From assembly GCA_002269645.1 (NCBI GenBank), contig NIVC01000691.1, positions 300,441-364,440 on the forward strand: DNA of 64,000 nucleotides, written 5' to 3'. Made by a program: the position numbers and the translations under genes. Source of the DNA: Macrostomum lignano. Lineage: Eukaryota. Positions within the stretch are counted from its first letter, which is position 1; each line of letters begins with the position of its first letter. Positions 13,293 to 42,893 of this stretch are shown one piece after another. Under the pieces are notes generated by a model that was not told the DNA's origin, ran no database searches, and saw only the letters and a program-made list of their open reading frames with translations.

Positions 13293-15159
13293 CGGTGTAC
13301 ATCTTGCTTCTTTTGTCTGAGCTAATCGAACTGCTGGCAAATTTCACATTTCACTGTCGCAGTTACAGTGCAAAAAGGCCACTTTTGAAGTCACTTGGTT
13401 CACATTCGAGATTGAAAAGGGTATAATAAAATATAGTAATCAGCTATTCACAGGCCCTTTAATTCAAAGTTAAAACGCACGCTTCTTACTACTTTATTAA
13501 GTAGTTAAGTTACTAAAAATCGTTTGTCGAACGAATTCTTAAGATTGTTAAGCATTAAAACCCTGCTGTTATTGAGCAAAATTTACCAATAAACAACTGC
13601 TGTAGCTACACTTGATTTTATTAGAAATGAGCTGGGAGGTCGGTAAGGAACGCACGTTCGTATTTGTATTTTAAATATAACCCCCGACAAATTCTGGTTC
13701 TATGGAAAATAAAGTCCGAGACTGCATATAGTTATATCTGGTCGAGGATTTTAGACCATAGAACCGGATATCGGCGGGTATTACGAGTATATACGCTCGT
13801 AAAATTATATTAAATAGTATTGTATAGCTATGACAATTACTAAGACTATGGCTATTTCGATTGTTTTTATTCCCATTCCTACTTACTTCAGGTCTTTATT
13901 TGAGATATTCAACTATGTTTTACGACTTAAAATGTACAGTTCTTTGTTCACCTCAAATTTCACAAGAAAATCTTAACTTGTTGCAAACCGTTTGGTTCAT
14001 ACAGAGAGAATGGCGTTAATATAATTGGCTTCGTTTTTAGGCCCGTTATAGCACTTAATTTATTAGTTCATTTTAACACTCACAACAGTGTGAGAAAAAA
14101 TGCTTAGCTGATATTGTTCGAGAGAACTCTATGTTGCTACTAATAGTAGAGTACTAGTACATAGAGGTCGCGAGGCACGAAGAAGCACAGAATACTAAGA
14201 AGCACACAGTATTCTGTGCTAAGAAAAGGAAGAGAATAAAAGACCGATAAAATGCTCGAAAATGAGTAGTGCTCGGTAAATGAGTTTGTGAATCATTGTC
14301 TCGACTTCCAGATTTTTTACTCTTGGTTTTATGCGAATTTCTTCGAGACAGGAAATCTGCTTACAGCCAAATGACGAACGAACTCATTAAAGTCAAGCAA
14401 TACAGCAATATCTGCAGCACAAATACACTCGAACTCCCATATTCCTATATAAGGAGACTCGAATGAAAAGAATCGAATCGAATATTTCTGATCGAATTCC
14501 CGGGGGCAAGCCAACAGCAGCACCAATAGAAAACGGGGATGAGAGAAAAAATCAATAAAAAACATGCGGGGCCCTCTCGAGTGCAATTCACCTCAGCAGG
14601 CGCGTCTTCGTTAAATCAAGGCCAAGAAAGCCTCAATTGAGTCTAAAGTGCGCCCCCACTTTTCCTTCTCCTGTTTCCCGAACTGAGTTCCCGAGCTCCC
14701 CCCCCCCCGCCTTTATCATAAATCTAATCCTCTGGGGCGGGCGAACTTCTCAAATTACTTGAAACGCAAACAGATGACGCTGCTTAGCCGCAGTTCAGGC
14801 GCAGCCACACTGTTTAAAGTTCTCTGTTTATCATACCTCAGTTGCTGGGCTACAACTCTATTTGAGACGAGATGAAAGCAAACGCAAGCTGAAAATCGAG
14901 ACCGTTAATGGATTTTCATAAGCCCGCACTAAAATCAAGTCAAACGAGCAAAACCCGAAGCTTACTGACCCGACGCTAAACACGAAATCAAGCCGCTGAT
15001 AAACAAAGACTGTGTTTTTTAACTTGAGACAAAGTTCATTTGATATGATTGAGACAATCATAGTGTGGAATGTGGTTCCTGTTTCCTGCGGCATCAGTAC
15101 ATGAATTGAAAAAAGGAAATTAAACCAGTAGCAAAAAAGGCAGAAGAAATATTTGTTTC

Positions 15160-16135
15160 GAGAATACTCTACGAGAGAATATCTCAACCTTCCAGAGAAT
15201 ATCTCACCCTACGACAGAATATCTAACCCTACGAGAGAATATCTCACCTTACGAGAGAATACCTCACACTACGAGAGAATATCTCACACTACGACAGAAT
15301 ATCTCACCCCATACGAGAGTATTCTCACCCTAAGAGTGAATATCTCACCCTATACGAGAGTATTCTCACCCTAAGAGTGAATATCTCACCCTATACGAGA
15401 GTATTCTCACCCTAAGAGTGAATATCTCACCCTATACGAGAGTATTCTCACCCTAAGAGTGAACATCTCACCCTATACGAGAGTATTCTCACCCTAAGAG
15501 TGAATATCTCACCCTATACGAGAGTAGTCTCACCCTAAGAGTGAATATCTCACCCTATACGAGAGTATTCTCACCCTAAGAGTGAATATCTCACCCTATA
15601 CGAGAGTAGTCTCACCCTAAGAGTGAATATCTCACCCTATACGAGAGTATTCTCACCCTAAGAGTGAATATCTCACCCTATACGAGAGTAGTCTCACCCT
15701 AAGAGTGAATATCTCACCCTATACGAGAGTAGTCTCACCCTAAGAGTGAATATCTCACCCTATACGAAAGTAGTCTCACCCTAAGAGTGAACATCTCACC
15801 ATATACGAGAGTATTCTCACTCTAGAGTGAATATCTCACCCTATACGAGAGTAGTCTCACCCTAAGAGTGAATATCTCACCCTATACGAGAGTATTCTCA
15901 CCCTAAGAGTGAATATCTCACCCTATACGAGAGTAGTCTCACCCTAAGAGTGAGTATCTCACCCTATACGAGAGTAGTCTCACCCTAAGAGTGAATATCT
16001 CACCCTATACGAGAGTAGTCTCACCCTAAGAGTGAATATCTCACCCCATACAAGAGTAGTCTCACCCTAAGAGTGAACATCTCACCATATACGAGAGTAT
16101 TCTCACTCTAGAGTGAACATCTCACCCTATACAGT
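15160..16135. repeat. 41-bp minisatellite made of 20+21-bp subunits (CTCACCCTAAGAGTGAATAT/CTCACCCTATACGAGAGTATT), about 23 copies
   Basis: Tandem units; the older 20-bp degenerate monomers lie at the left edge. Confidence 0.95.
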
Positions 16136-16790
16136 ACGAGAGAAATGTCTGGCTGCGCAGCCGTTTCACCCGTACAGGAGTTGACAGATCGAAGCGGAAG
16201 AAATTCAATAACATCCCGAACTGCAGAACTGTTCCATGCCATCGCTAATCTCTCTCTCTCTCTAAGCTTCAGGTCTGGCAATTTTGTGGCGCTATTGATA
16301 AGCAGGGCAAATAACTGCGGACTCGCTAAAACTGGAAACTGTAAGGCTCAGGACGCAGCGGGGGGGATGCAAGAATTTTTCCCACAATCTTCGAATGGCT
16401 GAAACGCTTGAGATGGGGAGGAGGGAGAATGAGCTGAGAGAGGAAGTTGGGAACACAGGCCAGCGGGGGGCATTAGGGACTCGGAAGGCCACTCCAAAAG
16501 TCAATTTGGTGAAGTCGGCTTGTGGGAGTTTTTCCTCATGGTCCAGCGTCATCAGACAGGAGCCAGCCATGCGTGCAGGCAGCGTCCCCAGCCTATGGCG
16601 GAGAAGTTGAGGAGGCCAGCAACTTCCCCAGTCGGTTTGGCTGCACGGATTGGGTGGCCGGCGCGAGGAAAGCGGCGTGTCGGTGTGGATAAAATGCGCA
16701 ATCACGGCCGGAGCCAGAGAGGCGGCCTGGAGAAAGTGAGAGAGAGAGGGCAATTAAGGTCAAATATCACTCGCGAGCAGCTCCAGCTCA

Positions 16791-34071
<17,281 letters not shown>

Positions 34072-34889
34072 GGAACACTGCATAGATTTTAACCCACGAG
34101 TGTTTAATTTGCAATTAACTGCTAATTAGAGCAGGAGTCATAGATTTTAGTCATTAAAAAAAACGCCGCGATCAACCTTTAACTTGCTTGTTTTTTAAAC
34201 ATTTGCCATAGCGTGCAGGACCCATATTTAACTTATTTTCAGTACAATCGAGCTGATGTAAAAAAACATGATAACCTTAATCTGCTAGTGCTCGAATGCA
34301 CTGTAGATTTATCTGACTAACTTGACAGTGATGTTCGTCTGTCATAAATAAAACGCCGCATAAAATACTAGTTGCAATTAGCACTCGAAACTACTCACTT
34401 TGAAGACATTAGCATCTCCAATTCTTCGCGTATGTACGTAATTACTCCTGACTCTCTTAGTCATACAAAGTTTCTATTAAACTGTTCACGATTATTTTGT
34501 CTATTTTTCTGAATAGGAGCGGTTAAAGTAGTAGTAAAACAGCTAAGACTTTATTTTGAAATTTCTGTGATTGGAAGGATGTTTCAGCTTTTGTTACCAT
34601 AGAAAACTTGTAACTTAGCATTATTAAATTACACAGAACAACTCAAACCTTAGAATTATTTCTTCGATCATGTCCATTGACCAATATGAAACCTTTTTTT
34701 ACTGTAATTTACAGATGCGAGCAAACTGAATATTGAATAAGCGGATTTACAAGTCGTACATTATACCCACAAAAGAAAGGGTATATTATTTTCGATTCAG
34801 ACAGAGAAGAGCCAAGTTATTAAAGTGACAATAGAATATGAAAACAAGGAGCAGTCTTAATCCAAACGAGCAGTCTTAATCAACAATCC

Positions 34890-35735
34890 AAAACCAACAG
34901 TCCAACCAGTCCTAGCGAACAGTTTAACCAACAGTCCAACCAACGACAGTCCTAGCGAACAGTTTAACCAACAGTCTAACCAACGACAGTCCTAGCGAAC
35001 AGTTTAACCAACAGTCTAACCAACGACAGTCCTAGCGAACAGTTTAACCAACAGTCTAACCAACGACAGTCCTAGCGAACAGTTTAACCAACAGTCTAAC
35101 CAACGACAGTCCTAGCGAACAGTTTAACCAACAGTCTAACCAACGACAGTCCTAGCGAACAGTTTAACCAACAGTCTAACCAACGACAGTCCTAGCGAAC
35201 AGTTTAACCAACAGTCTAACCAACGACAGTCCTAACGAACAGTTTAACCCAGTTTAACCAAAATTCCAACCAACGACAGTCCTAGCGAACAGTCTAACCA
35301 ACAGTCTAACAACAGTCCAACCAACGACAGTCCTAGCGAACAGTCTAACCAACAGTCTAACCAACAGTCTAACAACAGTCTAACAACAGTCCAACCAACG
35401 ACAGTCCTAGCGAACAGTCTAACCAACGACAGTCATAGCCAACAGTCAGAGCCAACAGTCTAACCAACAGTCTAACCAACGACAGTCATAGCCAACAGTC
35501 AGAGCCAACAGTCTAACCAAAAGTCTAACAACAGTCCAACCAACGACAGTCCTAGCGAACAGTCTAACCAACAGTCTAACCAACAGTCTAACCAACGACA
35601 GTCCTAGCGAACAGTCTAACCAACAGTCTAACCAACGACAGTCATAGCCAACAGTCAGAGCCAACAGTCTAACCAACAGTCTAACCAACGACAGTCATAG
35701 CCAACAGTCAGAGTCAACAGTCTAACCAACGGTCC
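34890..35735. repeat. 40-bp minisatellite (CAGTCCTAGCGAACAGTTTAACCAACAGTCTAACCAACGA) built from AACAGTCTAACC-like subunits
   Basis: 40-bp period at 34921/34961/35001; subunit reshuffling after 35250. Confidence 0.95.
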
Positions 35736-37017
35736 TAACCGGTTCGAATGACGAATACTCGTAGCTTTCTTGTCTACCATTTGAAGTACTGATAACCATT
35801 GATACGCCTAGAGTAAATCACAGCAAAGTAGAGTGCACGCTTGCTATCCGAATGTAGGTGTGGGACTTAGCAAATTTTATTAAGCTACAACACACTGCGC
35901 GTAGTATATTGTTAGCAATCAGAAGTTAGTTAAGCAAGTGACAAAAGTACACATGAATATGCTAATAAAATGGACATGAATAATAAGTATTAAAATGGCA
36001 TGCAATACAAGCATGATGAAGAGAAATTTCACCCGTAGTTTGAAGTAAATTATCTGTTGAATTTTTGGGAAACGCAAGCTTTACAAATAAGCCAATAAAA
36101 AGCACAGGTATTTACTGGTAGATATGAATATGAAGGGTGCAGAATCTATAGGCTGAGAAAATACTAACTTAAAGTAAAAAATCGAGATAAGCAAAACAAA
36201 GAGTTTAAAGTGCCGCAATGTACAGGTAGAATTTTGAGTTCCTCGAAGCGCTGGCAGTATATAAAAAATAGACGGATAGCCGAGCAGGCTCGGAACTCTT
36301 AGCTGCCGAACAGGTAAACAGGTTTGCAAGTTGAAACTCGACTTGGGACAGTCAATTAGAATTCAGGTAGCTAAATAAGAACACTTTTAATGAAGCAGCT
36401 ATTCTTGCACTCATTGGCGTAGCTTTTTCACGCAGCACTCAATAACATAGAAATTAAGTATTAATTTTCAATATTATTCAATATTATAGCCTATACAATG
36501 CTCAAATATGAGACGCATCAAACTGACCAAAATGTATAATTGAACTCAATAGGACCGAAAAAAAACAATATTATTCAGCAGAGATTTTATCAGACAGCAT
36601 AAATTACAAATTAAACGGCCGTGAAAATATAGTAAATACGCTAAATTTTCAATTGCCACTCCTCCCCCTTAGTAGAAATATGGAAAAGGTAGTAAAATAG
36701 CTTACTATCGATAGAATACATGTAGAAAATCGAGCTGTAGGTGTTAATAGCTCGTATGTTCTGATGAAACTATAATTGAGTAGTAAATAACCAAACTAAT
36801 TTGCTGCACTTGGTCCCCATAACTTACACAGGTCTTCAAAAAAAGTTCATGCTTTTAGCCTACTCTCATCAGACATCAGACATCAGAACCGAGATTTCTT
36901 GTGGAGGACAAATTTTTCTCCCCGTGACTTAGTACCACTTTTTTACCCGAAATTTTGAACAAAGTCACATCTTTTTTGGTATCAATCAGCAAAAAGGTGT
37001 GTGATCTGTGCTCAGAG

Positions 37018-38891
37018 CTAGGCTGTTCCCTCAGCGGTTGTAGACGTGACCGGGCACCGAGGCGACTCGCCCTGGTGCGGCGGCTGGTGCTGCTCGTGAT
37101 GGAAATGATGATGGTGCTGATGCAGCGGATTGTGATGCGAATCGGAGGCCAGAAGGCTGGAGGAGTGCTGCTGCTGCTGCTGATACTGATGCTGGTGTGC
37201 CTCATCAAAGCGCACTGAAGTGGCCTCAGCAGTCGCAGCAGGAGGTCCCACAGACCCGGCCCGAGTGGCAGCAGCGGCAGCAGCGGCGGCAAGAGCAGCC
37301 ATGGCAGCCTCAGCTTGAGCCTCGGCTTCGGCTCGCTGACGCCGCAGGCTGTCAAGAAATTCGCGGCCTCTCCGTGTGGCCTTCCATCGGTAATAGCCAG
37401 CCACAACCTGGCCAACGGTGAGCGCAGGGAGTCGCTGCTGCCTAATCAGGCCAAACTGCTTGCCGTGCTCGGCCAGGCCGCTCTCCAGCGCGTCCAGATC
37501 TTCGCTAGTCCACGTTGCTTCATCCGCCTCAGCCTCCGACGATGAGGAAGCTTCGGGCTCGGGCGAAGCTGAGGTAGCAGCCGGGGCTGCGGATGTAGCG
37601 AGTTCCGGCACTTCCGCCTGTAAATTTGAGCGCAGCAGCGATGCATTCAATTGGGAAATTCAAAACGCAACAGGTAGGAAATTATTTAATACTGGCTGGT
37701 TAATTGCGCTGTGGAATCGTAGCTTCGGTTTGGTGAAACTTCGATGCTATGAAGTTGGAATTTGGAGATCTATAGCTGTTAAATCTCAGGTTTACTAAAT
37801 AAACAAATTAACATACTAGTTTGATTTAAAATGCTTTTGATTCAGAAACAACACTGAATTCATTCTGAATTAACAAAAATTAACTAGAAGCCTTTATGGG
37901 AGTTCTTATCCAACTGACAGAGTGGAACATTTCTGCACACAATTATAAGAGATTAGCAAGAAATTCCTGCCTTACTACTTAAAGGTAGGCAAATCAGCTG
38001 CAGTATATACCCTGCACAGGCATTAATAAAAATAATTTAAGCTATTTTTGTCATACTTTACTACTGATGGTTGATGACTTCAGTCTGAGTGGTCACTATT
38101 TTCGAAGCTGTAAGCTTTAGCGATTCATGTCGGGGTAACATCTTCTAAATATACTAATTTACTAATTTTGCGCTGTCTGTGTCATTGAAAACTAATAAAA
38201 TATCAGAAATGAAGCCGATATGTATCGAAATAACACAGAAACCCTGTGATGAAAAATTCGATCTGGAAGTGCTGGGTCAAACATTATGAATTTGAATGCC
38301 TCCCATGGGGGCTTAGAGAGCTAGTTATCAACTACAGTTGAAAGAACTTGCGCATACCTGAAACTCCGGCCCAAGCCGGGGCTCCTTCGGTCTCCAGTTA
38401 GTCGGGCAGGCATAGTCGGGATCGTCTTCCTCTTCCTCATCATCCTCTTCTTCTACCTCAGCCTGGTTGAAATTGCCGCCGTCGGCCTGACCGGCAGCCG
38501 GTGCCTCCTCGCGTCCACCGCCATAGCCGTAGCGAGCCATCAGCTGCTCCAGCGGCAGCTCCGCCTCAGCCTCCAGATTGGCCAGCTCGTCAGCGTCGCC
38601 CAGGCCGCCAGATTCGGCCGCCTCGGCTGCCTCCTCCTCGGCCAGGGTCTCCTCTTCGTCCTCTCCGTCGTCCGCTTCGTCATCGTAAAAGTACTCATCC
38701 TCCTCTTCCGCCTCTTCATTCTCTCCATTACCTGAACAATCGGCTTGTACAGCGTTCTCTTCGACGCTTTTATCGACTGCCTCAGCTGGCGGCGGTGCTG
38801 GCTGCTGCTGCTTATCCTCGCTGCTGCAGCCGGATGCGTCAGTCGGCGACTCAGAGCTGTCAGCGGCAGCGGCCATTTCCGATGAATGCAT
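37018..38891 (-). CDS. MIER1: MIER-family (mesoderm induction early response) chromatin regulator; exons 38891-38358 and 37617-37018; start uncertain
   Basis: Acidic N-terminus, LEAEAELPLEQLMARYGY motif, WRPKEPRLGPEFQ|AEVP (ELM2 start), SANT WTSEDLDALESGLAEHGKQF...VVAGYYRWK; phase-0 GT-AG intron. Confidence 0.8.
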
Positions 38892-39599
38892 GAAAGGAAG
38901 TATAATATGTAGGCTTTTGCAGCAGAAGCAGAAATCCTATGCTATCGCAATCAAATTAGGCAGGTGCAGAAGCTAACAATTATTATAGCAAACAGTTACA
39001 ATGAAATGGAAGAACAGATAATAATGCTATTCAAATTTATTACAGGCAGTTAGCGGGATAGCATTGAGATGCACAAATCATGTACTAGTACAGCACAGAG
39101 AGAATCAAGACTACTACAGACCCATAGAATCAAGACGAGATACTTTGTTTCTCGGAAATTTTTAAAACAGGCATTTTTCGAGAAAAACACACCTTTTCGA
39201 GTTAAGAAATTCGGAATTCTAAAGCTTTGTACATAGCAACAACAAAGACACGAGCCTTCAAAATATTTCCAAGAAATATAGCGTTTTTACTTCCGTCTAA
39301 CTTGATTCCAGCGAATAACAGGTCAGAATAAACGACTAGTAAATGTGACGATAGAGGCATAAGGAATAAAAAATGATTATTAATTTAGAAAACGAACATT
39401 ACACTGTGTCTATGCAGTTATCATAATTCTAAACTTTATAAAGTTCGATGTCAGTTTATTGATTCAACATCCATTATGCATTTCAAAAATCGTTGTACCA
39501 AGAAGGCGGATTCTATTTGAGAACAGACATTATGGTATTTTATAAAACAGATCTCATTCTTAGATTCTATAATATGGCCTAAGAGAGCCAACGCAATTT

Positions 39600-40085
39600 T
39601 GGACACTCTAGATTTTGCGATAGAAATCATGCAAGCTAATAGATTTTATCATACACAAAACCAACCCTGTACGCAGCGGAGAGATTTTTATCATAGGAAA
39701 AACCAATAATCTTGTACGTTATGGGAAGATTTTTTCATACAGACGTAACCATAGACACCATGCAAGCTAATGAGAGATTTACTATAGACAAAACTAATCC
39801 TGTACTCTGTGTGGAGATTTTAGCATAGACAAAACCAATAATCTTGTACGCTATGAGGAGATTTTACCATAGACGAAACCAATAATATTGCACGCTGCGG
39901 GGATTCTATAGGCAAAAACAATAATCTAGTACGCTATGGGTAGATTTTGCCATAGAAATAACCATAGACATCCTGCAAGCTACTGAGATTTTACCATAGA
40001 CAAAACTAATCCCGTACTCTGTGTGGAGATCTTGCCAAAGACAAAACCAATCCTGCACAGTCCGCAGAGAATTCACCATAGACAT
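39600..40085. repeat. Degenerate tandem repeat of about 39 bp (GAGATTTTACCATAGACAAAACCAATAATCTTGTACGCT-like)
   Basis: Recurrent GATTTT..CATAGA.AAAAC.AAT motif, about 12 diverged copies. Confidence 0.7.
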
Positions 40086-40181
40086 AATAAAACTTGCATG
40101 TAGAGTTAAGTAACGTTAAGTCTGAAAGAGATTTATACAAACATGCAATACTACAATTAAACAAGCGAAATTGGCAAATAA

Positions 40182-40607
40182 TTAAAACCTGGGTCGCATA
40201 TGCCGCGAGCAAAAGGCAAAGAACAGATGCAAATGAATGAGCACAAACAAGGGTATGAACACCTCAGAGTAATGGTAGGACCTGTGATTAGACAGCTTCT
40301 GAGCAAGCATCAGCTCGAATATAAACAGAAAAACAGAGTTCAACAGCCGTAGAGCCAGGAAGAACGTGAACTTGCGCTTGACTTCAGTCTCGCGAATGAA
40401 TCTGCCTATTATAATAATATTGAAGTATAGAACCAGTCCGTTAGCGACAAACAGAGGGGAGAAGACCAAGTACCAGCTGGCACTCAAGGAACCGTCCACC
40501 TTTGCGCATAGCAGTAGAAAGAATGACAAAAGTCCACAGCTGTAAATCAGCAGGTCCAGCACTGATGCGTGCAGGTAGTGCAGCAGATTCTGCAGAGGCA
40601 AGAACAT
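40182..40607 (-). CDS. TMEM203: Transmembrane protein 203, single exon, 141 aa
   Basis: Four hydrophobic segments; KVDG...SWYLVFSPLFVANGLVLYF and FIFELMLAQKL match the TMEM203 pattern (RVDG..SWWNVFVPFFAADGLSTYF; FVFEMLLCQKL). Confidence 0.85.
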   Translation of the reverse strand: MFLPLQNLLHYLHASVLDLLIYSCGLLSFFLLLCAKVDGSLSASWYLVFSPLFVANGLVLYFNIIIIGRFIRETEVKRKFTFFLALRLLNSVFLFIFELMLAQKLSNHRSYHYSEVFIPLFVLIHLHLFFAFCSRHMRPRF

Positions 40608-42254
40608 TGCTGCTGCTTGTCAAGCAATAGCCTTAAAACACCCGGTCGTCTGCTCTTTGTCCGAGTCAGGGCATGAAAAATTGCAATATGAAACATAGAT
40701 AGTCACGGTTAAGCACTGCTAAAATCTATTTTTAAACTATTTTAAATTTTAAATAAGATGCCTACTTATTATTCTAAGTTGACACTACTAAGGGTAAAGA
40801 GTAAAGCAGTAAAGCTTATCGCCTACCTGGCCTGAAGTTTTATCCTGTCTTATCCTGTCTAATTGGCTAACACAATAAACATGAAGAATCTATCTCAAGC
40901 AAAAAAATGGAAAAAACTTTTATTTTTACCAAACAACAGTGGCAGTTGAACAAGAAAGCCTACCAAATTTAATGATTAACCAAGATAAAAATGACAATGG
41001 TTAAACAACACAAAACTGGCAAAAAGTCCGACCAGAGCTATTAAAGACATTGAATTGAAAAGTGAACACAATAAAAACCCAAATATGTAATCGAATGTTT
41101 CTCTCAAGACTCAAGAGGCAACGAAATTGAGCTAATACTCGCACGGCAATAGCATTTCAATAGTTAATGATAGAAACTCTAATGGGTAAGGAAGCATTTG
41201 ATGGACCCAACCCGATGAGAACGGTACCTAGCGACCAAGAAGCGTCGCCCCAGAGTCGTTGCAGGTAATACAGGTAAAATAGGGAATACTGAATTTAGAC
41301 GACTCTATATGGAATGACGAGATTTCACAATATAAGTCGCCAAAGAGTCAATTTAAGGCGTCTTTAGTCTGCGACTCTGGGGCCGAAGAGTCGTAACTGA
41401 GACGTGCCAGTCGCTGTAGAATCACTGAGTTGCGTCTAAAGCGCATCTGTGTCACTTTATGAATTAGAATTGCATTTCGCATTTATAACTCTATTTAGTC
41501 TACTTGAGCCAGTAGAAAGTTAAGTGCTATCACAACGACACTTAGACGACTTTTTCGGGACTCTGACGATTCTACAGCTTTGAGTCGTTAAAGTCAAACA
41601 GTCACTAGAGTAACTAGTGAGTTGCTTGCAATGACTCGAGCGATCCTTGTCACGGTAACATTTTCAACGGGCAGATTTTTCATACTATGAATTCGAATTA
41701 ATAAGCGGCATCTTTTTGGCTTACATTTTCAAGGGAAGCAGAGCTAGAGTTTAAACAATATGATTAAATGAAAACAATAATACAAACGTAGATTTTCTTT
41801 CAATCGCATTGAACATCGAATCAAGGATCACTAGATGTAGAATAAGTACTTCTCGTACTTATATTGGTCCTTGCATAGAAACATAGAGACAAGCGATTAC
41901 AATTAAAAAATTGATTCGCTAACAAAATCACCAGGTGAGACGAATGAATACAACAACAGCATAAACCATAATATCTGATTATTTTATTTATACACTACTA
42001 CTTTTATTATAGCCAACCACCAGAAACCCTATTGAATCATAATAGAACACATTTAACATCAACACTGACATTGTGATTGTTTTTGCCATTGACAAGTAAA
42101 GTTTAGACATCTTGAGCCACCGCGGGGCACGTGCCTCTACTGAAACCATCGCCATCAAAACGACAGTTGTGTACACGTAAAACTTGTCACTTTTTCAGTC
42201 ATTTTCCCGCACAATTAAGTCTGTGGCAACACCCCTGCATTAAGCTCGGCTGAT

Positions 42255-42893
42255 TCACACCTCAATCTGAGTCTGCTTTCCGCGCACAATCCTAGTAACA
42301 TAGACGTAGAAGAAATCAGCATACAGAACTGTCTGCAGACAGCCGGCTATCACGGCTATGGCCTCAAAGTAGTCGTCAACAAAGTAGCGGTATATCCAAT
42401 TAATAATGTAAAACGCTCGATAAGAGCCAAGAGCGAACAGGTAGTGCGATGTGATGGTATCAGCTGATCCAGTTTTGCTAATCAGAAACAGTTGCGGCAG
42501 GATAGCAACAGACTCCAGGTAGATACTGTACGTCCATAGAACCTCAACAACTGTTAGCTGGTGGTTCACTAGCACAGCCAATCCAGCTGCTGTAATTACC
42601 AGCCACTCGGCTCTGAAGCTGTCATGATTGCCATCATAAGTAGCCCGATATTTGCAATAGACTAAGAACACTGTTAACCAAGTTAGCAAAACAAAGGCAA
42701 TCTTCATTGTTGTGTTATATGCCGATATGTAAACCGTGAAGAGGTCCAAGTAGCGCGTAGTGAAAACCAGGCCAAATAGAAACTGCGACTTGCCGGAAAT
42801 GCCACTTACTGAGCGGGTTTGCCAGATTTTTGCCAGCAGAATAACAATGGCAAACAGATGGCTCATGTCGCCAATTAGTCGGAAAATGTTCAT
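42255..42893 (-). CDS. KDELR: ER lumen protein-retaining (KDEL) receptor, 212 aa, intronless CDS
   Basis: MNIFRLIGDMSHLFAIVILL, SGISGKSQ, RYLDLF, SIYLESVAILPQL, HYLFALGSYRAFY, QTVLYADFFY; full length. Confidence 0.97.
   Translation of the reverse strand: MNIFRLIGDMSHLFAIVILLAKIWQTRSVSGISGKSQFLFGLVFTTRYLDLFTVYISAYNTTMKIAFVLLTWLTVFLVYCKYRATYDGNHDSFRAEWLVITAAGLAVLVNHQLTVVEVLWTYSIYLESVAILPQLFLISKTGSADTITSHYLFALGSYRAFYIINWIYRYFVDDYFEAIAVIAGCLQTVLYADFFYVYVTRIVRGKQTQIEV

Noticed and set aside
15160-16135. CRISPR-like appearance of this and other regular arrays (2422-5145, 12775-13292, 34890-35735)
   Set aside because: Units are directly tandem with no unique spacers, there are no cas genes, and the context is an intron-containing eukaryotic genome.
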